DNA from: a virus
Taxonomy: Duplodnaviria; Caudoviricetes
Length of the DNA stretch: 41,597 nt
Virus record (IMG/VR): IMGVR_UViG_3300037313_000280
Location: 1 to 41,597 of that record
Direction: 5' to 3' (one strand)
Shown: positions 35,489-41,597 of the stretch, one piece after another
Layout: each line of letters begins with the position of its first letter
How positions within the stretch are numbered: position 1 is the first letter of the stretch
The notes under the pieces: generated by a model
Seen by the model: only the letters and a program-made list of their open reading frames with translations
The model's database searches: none
What the model was told of the DNA's origin: nothing
Program-made: the position numbers and the translations under genes

Positions 35489-36270
35489 TGGTCTGGTTCA
35501 AGGTCGACGACAAGCTCCACGACCACCGCAAGGCCCGCAAGGCTGGCAAGGCGGCGATGGGCGTCTGGGTCCTCGCTGGATCCTGGTCGATGAGCAACCT
35601 CACAGACGGATTCATCCCAGAGGACGTGCTCGGCCGCTGGGGCTCGAGGGCCGACGCCAAGCGCCTGGTCGACGCAGGACTCTGGGACGACGCTGTCCAC
35701 GAGGGCGAGAAGGGCTGGCGTTTCCACGACTGGTCACGCTTCCAGCCGAGCGCGGCAGTCACCGAAGCCATCCGCATCAAGGAGGCCGAGGCTGGCGCTC
35801 GCGGCAACCACAAGCGCTGGCATGTCGCCCGCGGTGTGACTGACCCTGACTGCGAGTTGTGCCATCGGGTACCCGATCAGGTACCCGATGGGGTGCCGAT
35901 GGGGTCGCCCGAATCGCCCCCGAATCGCCCCGTACCCGTACCCGAACCCAATACAGAACCTGACGGTTCTGGCGCGCCGGCCGAGTCGACTTCGCAGGTG
36001 CTCGTCGCCGAGTGGATCGACCACTGCAACGCTCGACCACCCGGGCGCGTCATCGGACAGATCGGCCGCGAGGTCAAGGCCCTGCTCGCTGAGGGCATCC
36101 CCGCCAATGACGTTCGCGCTGGACTCGCTGCCTGGCACCGCAAGGGCCTGCACCCGTCGACCCTGGCGTCCGTGGTCCACGAGGTCCGTCAGGCCAGCCC
36201 CTCCGTCCGAGTCGACAACAGCGGTCGCCTGATCCTCCCGCCTCTGCCTAAGGGGGTGTTCGAGCAGTGA
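35488..36270 (+). CDS. replication initiator-like protein
   Basis: WFKVDD..H.H.K, G.W..AGSW...TDGFIP, LV.AGLW, FHDW; internal iteron tract; upstream of the helicase. Confidence 0.8.
   Translation: MVWFKVDDKLHDHRKARKAGKAAMGVWVLAGSWSMSNLTDGFIPEDVLGRWGSRADAKRLVDAGLWDDAVHEGEKGWRFHDWSRFQPSAAVTEAIRIKEAEAGARGNHKRWHVARGVTDPDCELCHRVPDQVPDGVPMGSPESPPNRPVPVPEPNTEPDGSGAPAESTSQVLVAEWIDHCNARPPGRVIGQIGREVKALLAEGIPANDVRAGLAAWHRKGLHPSTLASVVHEVRQASPSVRVDNSGRLILPPLPKGVFEQ
35864..35950. repeat. putative replication origin (iterons)
   Basis: Palindrome ATCGGGTACCCGAT; GGTACCCGAT x2, CCGATGGGGT x2, CCCGAATCGCCCC x2, then CCCGTA/CCCGAA repeats. Confidence 0.7.
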
Positions 36271-37490
36271 TCGAGATCGAGCAGCGCTACGACAAGCAGG
36301 CAGAGCTCGCGCTCCTGTCCGCCTGCCTCTACTCCAAGCCCGCCCGCATGAAGGCCCGAAAGATCGTCGTCGGTTCGGACTTCTACCAGCCTGCACACGA
36401 GGCGATCTGGAACGCCATCAGCCGACTCGACCACCACGACCGGCTCGTCGACATCAGCACCATCAGAGCGCTGCTCGTCAGCGACAAACTGGCTCTCCAA
36501 GCGCTCGGCGAGGTTGTCATCGCTGGTGGCGTCGCTGCCGGGGCGGCTGACTACGCATCCATCATCCGCGCTTGGTCGACGAGACGCCGGATCGAGGAGA
36601 CTGCCCGCGCGGCCCTGCAAGAGGCGCAGAACCTCGACGCCAACCCGGTCGGCCTCGCGGCCAGCATCGCCAACCGGTTCGTCGGCATCCGCGACATGGG
36701 CGTCGACGAGGAACCCGCAGCGGTCACCGTCACCGAACTCCTCTCGCAGGTCGATGACGAGCCCGAGTGGCTGATCCCCGGCCTCCTCGAGCGTCGCGAC
36801 CGGTTCATGCTCACCGGCGAGGAGGGGCTCGGCAAGTCACACCTGCTGCGGCAGTTCGCCATCCATGCCGCGGCCGGACTCAACCCGTTCGACTCGCTCC
36901 AGCACTTCGAGCCGGTCCGATCGCTCATCGTCGACTGCGAGAACACCTGGTCTCAGGTGCGACGCAAGATCCGGCCCGCGGTCGACTGGGTCCGCAAGAC
37001 CGCGGCACCCGACCCGTCCGAGCGCGTCATGGTCGAGTGCTCCACGCGGCTCGACGTGACCCGCGACAAGGACTTGTCGAAGATCCACCAGCTTCTCGAC
37101 GCCACCGAGCCAGACCTCGTCGTCATCGGCCCGCTGTACCGGCTCACCACCAAGGCGATCCAGACCGACGACGAGGCCGCCCCAGTGCTCGCAGCACTGG
37201 ACACGATCCGCGACCGAGGGTGTGCGCTGCTGATGGAGGCACACGCCGGCCACGCGATCGGCAAGGGCGGGGTTCGCGACCTGCGTCCCCGTGGCTCCTC
37301 GGCGCTGCTCGGCTGGCCCGAGTTCGGCTATGGCATGCGCTCGATCGGGGCGGAGGGGTTCGCGGATCTCGTGCAGTGGCGTGGTCCGCGCGAGGACCGC
37401 GACTGGCCGAGCCGACTCCGCAAGGCCGATGGCTTCCGCTGGCAGCCGCACGGCGAGATGTACGGCCTGAACGGAGGGGCGATCGCATGA
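36267..37490 (+). CDS. replicative helicase (DnaB-like N-terminus plus RepA/AAA_25 ATPase)
   Basis: AE.ALL...DFY.P.H..IW; GEEGLGKS Walker A; VDCEN; RPRGSS. Confidence 0.9.
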   Translation: MIEIEQRYDKQAELALLSACLYSKPARMKARKIVVGSDFYQPAHEAIWNAISRLDHHDRLVDISTIRALLVSDKLALQALGEVVIAGGVAAGAADYASIIRAWSTRRRIEETARAALQEAQNLDANPVGLAASIANRFVGIRDMGVDEEPAAVTVTELLSQVDDEPEWLIPGLLERRDRFMLTGEEGLGKSHLLRQFAIHAAAGLNPFDSLQHFEPVRSLIVDCENTWSQVRRKIRPAVDWVRKTAAPDPSERVMVECSTRLDVTRDKDLSKIHQLLDATEPDLVVIGPLYRLTTKAIQTDDEAAPVLAALDTIRDRGCALLMEAHAGHAIGKGGVRDLRPRGSSALLGWPEFGYGMRSIGAEGFADLVQWRGPREDRDWPSRLRKADGFRWQPHGEMYGLNGGAIA

Positions 37491-37548
37491 CCACTGACCG
37501 GCTGGCGAAGGCGCAGCACACCGAGACCAACGCCGAGGAGGCGACAGC

Positions 37549-37728
37549 ATGAGCAACGAAACGATCGCAGGTCACTACTGCGGGCAGAGGCAGCCTCACG
37601 CTGCGCACATCTGGCAGACGCCGCCGACCTACGGTGCGGCCACGTTCGTCAGCACCTACCAGTGCGCCGGACTGACCAACCCCACCTCCGCCGACCAGGC
37701 GGGCGAGCAGCAGGGAGCAGGAGCATGA
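37549..37728 (+). CDS. 59-aa hypothetical protein
   Basis: GAGGAGG RBS and ATGA coupling; C....PH..H.W...C. Confidence 0.6.
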   Translation: MSNETIAGHYCGQRQPHAAHIWQTPPTYGAATFVSTYQCAGLTNPTSADQAGEQQGAGA

Positions 37729-38015
37729 GCGAGCAGGACCGCACGGCCGACTCTGGTGCACATCTGACTTCCGCCGAGCGAGCGGACCTAGATGCGCTCT
37801 TCATCGCCCTTGCTGACGAGATGGAGTGCGAGCCATCCGACGTCATGCCCGCCGACCTGTACATGGTCGTCGAGCAGATCGTCGACAGCCGAATCCGCGC
37901 CGCACGCGACAAGGAGCGGGGTCGGACGGACGAGTACCGCGAGCGGATGCTGAATACCCGCATGGAGCGCGACAAGTTGGCCGAACTGCTCGCCAAGGCT
38001 GAGGGGCGGTCGTGA
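37725..38015 (+). CDS. hypothetical protein
   Basis: ATGA coupling. Confidence 0.65.
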   Translation: MSEQDRTADSGAHLTSAERADLDALFIALADEMECEPSDVMPADLYMVVEQIVDSRIRAARDKERGRTDEYRERMLNTRMERDKLAELLAKAEGRS

Positions 38016-38284
38016 TGATCCATCTCGTTCCACAAGAGCCGCCTAAGGCACTCGGCGTCGACGAAGCCAAGAGCGCGGCGAACAACGCTTACGCGAAGGC
38101 GCGCGCCGCACAGAGGGCGCTCGTCGCACGGCTCGACCTGACCGAACTGCTGTACCGCCCCGGCATGGTGTCCTACGCCCGCCTCAAGGGTGAGCGGTAC
38201 GCCGCTAGGGAGCAACTGGCCCGTGCGCAGGCTGTGGTCGACGCACTCGAAGAAGCCATCGAAGCACTGGAGGCGACGAAATGA
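38012..38284 (+). CDS. hypothetical coiled-coil protein
   Basis: Translational coupling. Confidence 0.65.
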   Translation: MMIHLVPQEPPKALGVDEAKSAANNAYAKARAAQRALVARLDLTELLYRPGMVSYARLKGERYAAREQLARAQAVVDALEEAIEALEATK

Positions 38285-38532
38285 CCAAGACAACGTGCTG
38301 CGACATGTGCAGGGAAGACGTGGATCCTGGCGTGATCCGTTATCGGGTCGACCGCTACGACCACACGGGGTACGTCGACCAGCTCGACATCTGCTCGTCC
38401 GAGTGCTTGGCAGTCATGGCGACGCGAGAGGCACATGCACGGGGTGCTCGCGAAGAAGTCCGTGCGCAATGGCAACGCGTCTTGCGCGACACCCCGAACC
38501 GGAGGCGGCGTTGGAGAGGCGGTGCCCGATGA
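38281..38532 (+). CDS. hypothetical Cys-motif protein
   Basis: CDMC...DICS.EC; coupled. Confidence 0.65.
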   Translation: MTKTTCCDMCREDVDPGVIRYRVDRYDHTGYVDQLDICSSECLAVMATREAHARGAREEVRAQWQRVLRDTPNRRRRWRGGAR

Positions 38533-38978
38533 CCGGCCCGCAGCCCACCCCGAGCGAGTATCTGCCGTGCTGCGCCGACTGCAACGGCTGCCCCGCTTGC
38601 GAACCTGAGCTGGAGAGCGTCGAGCAGCCCACCCCGAGCGCGGGCGACGTGGAGGCGCTGGAGGGCGATGCGGTCCTCGCCGAGTGCGCCGAAGCGGTGG
38701 CGAACGCTCTGGCAGACCGTCCGCAGCGGTGCGGCCACAGCAGCGATCCGATGTGCTGCCCCTACGAGAACTTCCCGGCGCTGGCCGCGTTCTTCGTGCA
38801 GGCCGCGCGGGACGACGAGCGGGCGCGGGTGCGACACGCCCACATTGGCTGCGCCCGGCGAATGGACGGCGACATCGTCCATTACGAGTGCGGAATCAGC
38901 GTGAAGCGCGGCGAGTACGACGGTGGCGTCTACGCCGAGCACGTCCGCCAGGCTGAGGCCCGAGGCGGTGGCCGATGA
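38529..38978 (+). CDS. hypothetical Cys-rich protein
   Basis: ATGA coupling; internal QPTPS duplication. Confidence 0.6.
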   Translation: MTGPQPTPSEYLPCCADCNGCPACEPELESVEQPTPSAGDVEALEGDAVLAECAEAVANALADRPQRCGHSSDPMCCPYENFPALAAFFVQAARDDERARVRHAHIGCARRMDGDIVHYECGISVKRGEYDGGVYAEHVRQAEARGGGR

Positions 38979-39265
38979 GCGCGGAGCACGGCGAGCAGGC
39001 CTTCCGGTCCGAGCTGTCGAAGGCGCTGCATCACGAACGCGCGGAGGCCAACACTCGCAACGTCGACTGCTGGGCATGCGAAGTCGTCCAATCGCAGACC
39101 ATCGCCAACCTTGCCGCCCGAGTCGTACTCGCCGAAGCCCGAGCGGCCCACGTCGAAGCGGTGCTGCGGCGGGCGGTACCCGACGAGGCTGACCAGTTGG
39201 CGCTGTGGCAGGACCACTGGCACGAGCAGATCACGCCCGCCCTGACGCAGGAGTCCGACCAGTGA
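38975..39265 (+). CDS. hypothetical protein
   Basis: Coupled; CWAC. Confidence 0.6.
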   Translation: MSAEHGEQAFRSELSKALHHERAEANTRNVDCWACEVVQSQTIANLAARVVLAEARAAHVEAVLRRAVPDEADQLALWQDHWHEQITPALTQESDQ

Positions 39266-39579
39266 GCCGCCCGCTGGAGGAGGTGCTGCGGGAGCGGCTG
39301 GGCTGCCAGTGCGTGCGGCTCGATGACATGTGGCACCACGAGCGCTTCTGCCCGGTCCCTGTCGCCGCGCAGACGGTGGACGAGTGGCTGGCCGAGCAGC
39401 GCGAGACGGTGGCCGACCGCTTCTCTGCGCCAGAGCACGCGCCGATGTCCGACCACGATCCGCGCACCGGCGAGTGTGTGTCCTGTCCGTGGCCCGCTCG
39501 CCAAGTGCTGTCGGATGTGGAACTTGCCGACGCTGCTCTCGGCGCGGTGCGTGGGCGGATCAGCGGGGGTGGGCGATGA
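39262..39579 (+). CDS. hypothetical protein
   Basis: GTGA coupling; CQC...H...C and CVSC. Confidence 0.6.
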   Translation: MSRPLEEVLRERLGCQCVRLDDMWHHERFCPVPVAAQTVDEWLAEQRETVADRFSAPEHAPMSDHDPRTGECVSCPWPARQVLSDVELADAALGAVRGRISGGGR

Positions 39580-39872
39580 GCGGTCTGACGGCTGAGGAGC
39601 AGGAAACGTTCCTCGAGGTGCTGCGAGATGTCGAATACACCGGTGCTCAGACCGGCACATGGGAGCAGGGCAAGGTGTTCGCCGCCGTCGAGCGGATCGT
39701 CGCCGAACGGGAGCAGGCCGCTGAGGTGCGGGCGCTTCGGGCGGCGGCTGACGAGTTGGGCGGCCGCGTGACCACGCCTGTCGGATCTCCGGGCCGCATC
39801 GGCGACTGGCTCCGTGACCGCGCCGACCGGATCGAGCGTGACGTCGATGCAACTACCGAGGGGGACGAGTGA
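39576..39872 (+). CDS. hypothetical protein
   Basis: ATGA coupling; ALRAAAD...WLRDRADRIE. Confidence 0.65.
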   Translation: MSGLTAEEQETFLEVLRDVEYTGAQTGTWEQGKVFAAVERIVAEREQAAEVRALRAAADELGGRVTTPVGSPGRIGDWLRDRADRIERDVDATTEGDE

Positions 39873-40759
39873 GCGAGACCGAGACTGAGACCAACGTCAG
39901 CCCCGTCGTAAAGGTGGCTCGGAACTTGACCACCATCGTCGAGCTGTACGCCAACCTGCTCGCCCAGGCCATCCACCGAGCGTCGGCCAAGATCGACGGG
40001 CACAGCCTGCCTGGCGGTGAGGCGATGGTGGCGCTGGCTGGAGTGGCGGACCGGGAGACCAACGAGCGGCGAGTCGAACTCCACGAGGAACGCCACCTCG
40101 CCACCTGCCAACGGCTCGACCACTCGCGCTGTTGGACTGGCAGTGAGGACGAGGACGACACCGAGCCCGTGCTCCAGACGCTCCTGTTCTGGTCTGAGCA
40201 ATGGCGGGCAGAGCACGGGTTCCCGTTAGAGGGCCGGCGACCAACCGTGGCGACCGAGGCCAACGTGATCCGTTCGCTGCTCGACTGGGCGTGGGAGAAC
40301 CTGGCCGAGTGGGATGACTTCGCCAGCGACATCGGGAAGGCGCGGGTGCGGCTCGAGAACCTGCTCTACGCTGGCAAGCGCCAGGAGCTGACCCGTGTCG
40401 TCTGCCCGCACTGCGACAAGCCGCCGCGACTCATCCACCTTTACGGCATGCGAGACGACGGGAGTGACGACGAGTGGAAGTGCCCGCGATGCAAGGTCCG
40501 GCTCGACACGGCCGGGGTCCAGCGAGCGCACGCCAAGATGCTGCGATCCGAGGGCGCCGAGAAGTGGGTCCACCAGATCGACGCCATCGGCACACTCAAG
40601 GCGCAGGGACGACCAGAGCGGACGGTGCGCCAGTGGCTCGCCGACTGCGAGGCCGAGGCCTACTGTGACCCGAAGACGCACGAGGTCTGGGTGTGGTGGC
40701 CTTCGCTCTGGAGGAAGCACCTAATGACGCCGACGAGGAAGCGAGAGGTGGCGGGATGA
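39869..40759 (+). CDS. putative late-gene regulator (Zn ribbon plus C-terminal HTH)
   Basis: CPHC...CPRC then RPERTVRQW; last large early gene before the late promoter. Confidence 0.7.
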   Translation: MSETETETNVSPVVKVARNLTTIVELYANLLAQAIHRASAKIDGHSLPGGEAMVALAGVADRETNERRVELHEERHLATCQRLDHSRCWTGSEDEDDTEPVLQTLLFWSEQWRAEHGFPLEGRRPTVATEANVIRSLLDWAWENLAEWDDFASDIGKARVRLENLLYAGKRQELTRVVCPHCDKPPRLIHLYGMRDDGSDDEWKCPRCKVRLDTAGVQRAHAKMLRSEGAEKWVHQIDAIGTLKAQGRPERTVRQWLADCEAEAYCDPKTHEVWVWWPSLWRKHLMTPTRKREVAG

Positions 40760-40986
40760 GCAGGCTGTGGCTTGTCGTCCTCGCCGGTTCCGTAGCAGCG
40801 CTGAACTTCACGATGTGGCTGGCGTCTAGCGACGACGTGGCGATGCTCGCAACGTTCACGAACGGTGTCGTGGCTGTCACTGCTTGGGCGCTGCATTCGC
40901 GGCCGAGTAAGGGCGTGGCACGTTGCTGCCAATCCATCCATGTGGCATGCTTATGCCACCGGCAACGGGGCGACTGCATCCCCTGA
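40756..40986 (+). CDS. small two-TM protein
   Basis: ATGA coupling; hydrophobic N-half; 3' part runs over the late promoter. Confidence 0.5.
   Translation: MSRLWLVVLAGSVAALNFTMWLASSDDVAMLATFTNGVVAVTAWALHSRPSKGVARCCQSIHVACLCHRQRGDCIP
40916..40959 (+). promoter_or_regulatory. putative late promoter TTGCTG-N17-CATGCT with two TGGCA-N6-TGCCA dyads
   Basis: -35 at 40923-28, -10 at 40946-51; dyads at 40916-31 and 40943-58. Confidence 0.65.
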
Positions 40987-40997
40987 TACCGGCATCT

Positions 40998-41035
40998 GCC
41001 CCGTCATCCTGCCTTGGATTGGCGGGGCTTTGTCG
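40998..41035 (+). terminator. intrinsic terminator / attenuator in the late leader
   Basis: GCCCCGTCATCC-TGCCTT-GGATTGGCGGGGC-TTTGT. Confidence 0.65.
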
Positions 41036-41049
41036 TCGGGGAGGTTGCC

Positions 41050-41232
41050 ATGACCGTCATCCGCGTCACCGACCAGAGCACGCGCGCAGAGATCGCCGAC
41101 GTGCTGGCAATGGCGAACTACCAGGCCAAGCGGAAGCCGCACGTACTCGGCAAGGTGCAGCCCTCGGCATGGGACGAGTGCCACAAGCTGATCGATGAGC
41201 TGCTGCAGGACTGGCTGGATGCGCCGGCGTGA
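41050..41232 (+). CDS. hypothetical 60-aa protein
   Basis: GGGGAGG RBS; H..ID.LL..W C-terminus. Confidence 0.7.
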   Translation: MTVIRVTDQSTRAEIADVLAMANYQAKRKPHVLGKVQPSAWDECHKLIDELLQDWLDAPA

Positions 41233-41558
41233 AGGTCTGCGCCGAGCCCGGATGCTGGAGACTGCAGCCTGAGTCACGGTGCGCTGAGCACAGGCGCGAA
41301 CGTGAGCGCGCACGAGGGACACGACAGGCACGCGGCTACGACACCCACCACGACAGGCTGCGAGCCGACTACCAGCGTCGTATGGATCGCGGCCTGTCGT
41401 TCAACTGCTGGCGGTGTGGCGAGCCGATCGACCCGGGCAACTGGACGCTCGGTCACTGCGACATCGACCGGAGCAAGTGGCATGGCCCGGAGTGTCCGCC
41501 CTGTGACTACGCGGTGGCTGGGCGCATTGGGTGTCCGCATATATCGCACAAGGTATGA
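41229..41558 (+). CDS. packaging-associated HNH endonuclease
   Basis: CAEPGC...C.EH, RGY...H, CWRCG.PI....W.LGH.D.DR...GPE...C; last gene before the genome end. Confidence 0.85.
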   Translation: MKVCAEPGCWRLQPESRCAEHRRERERARGTRQARGYDTHHDRLRADYQRRMDRGLSFNCWRCGEPIDPGNWTLGHCDIDRSKWHGPECPPCDYAVAGRIGCPHISHKV

Positions 41559-41597
41559 CCCTAGGGGGTAGGGCCGGATCGAGCCGCCCCAGAGGAC

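Noticed and set aside
37487-37552. 21-aa ORF after the helicase
   Set aside because: ATGA-coupled at both ends and possibly real, but too short to support as a feature.
28189-37728. C-terminal AA/GA ends of many early proteins as ClpXP degrons
   Set aside because: Mostly explained by GCATGA stop-start overlaps; no independent evidence.

Overview
The window looks like an essentially complete ~41.6-kb genome of a temperate, high-GC actinobacterial siphovirus. WhiB points to an actinobacterial host, and the absence of a LysB suggests a non-mycolic one; a Nocardioides-like host is only a guess. It appears to be linearised at the cos site between the HNH gene and terS. Gene order: terminase, portal, MuF-like protein, scaffold, capsid, head-tail and tail genes (tail chaperone with a -1 frameshift, tape measure, minor tail); then a lysis cassette; a four-gene fibre/depolymerase cluster; attP (3' part of tRNA-Lys(UUU) with arm-type repeats); tyrosine integrase; repressor/xis switch; and an early region (YqaJ exonuclease, resolvase, WhiB, replication initiator with iterons, helicase) ending in a late regulator, late promoter and HNH. 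Best leads: (1) a four-gene post-lysis cluster that may build a branched appendage, with one protein carrying three copies of a beta-strand that seems to be missing from its neighbour's last domain; (2) a degenerate GDPD-like protein coupled to an amidase that lacks a cell-wall-binding domain; (3) a TGGCA-N6-TGCCA operator shared by the early and late promoters, plus a terminator/antiterminator leader; (4) a non-RecT partner of the exonuclease; (5) an antisense membrane mini-gene inside the tail operon. All family calls come from motif recognition by eye, with no database searches.
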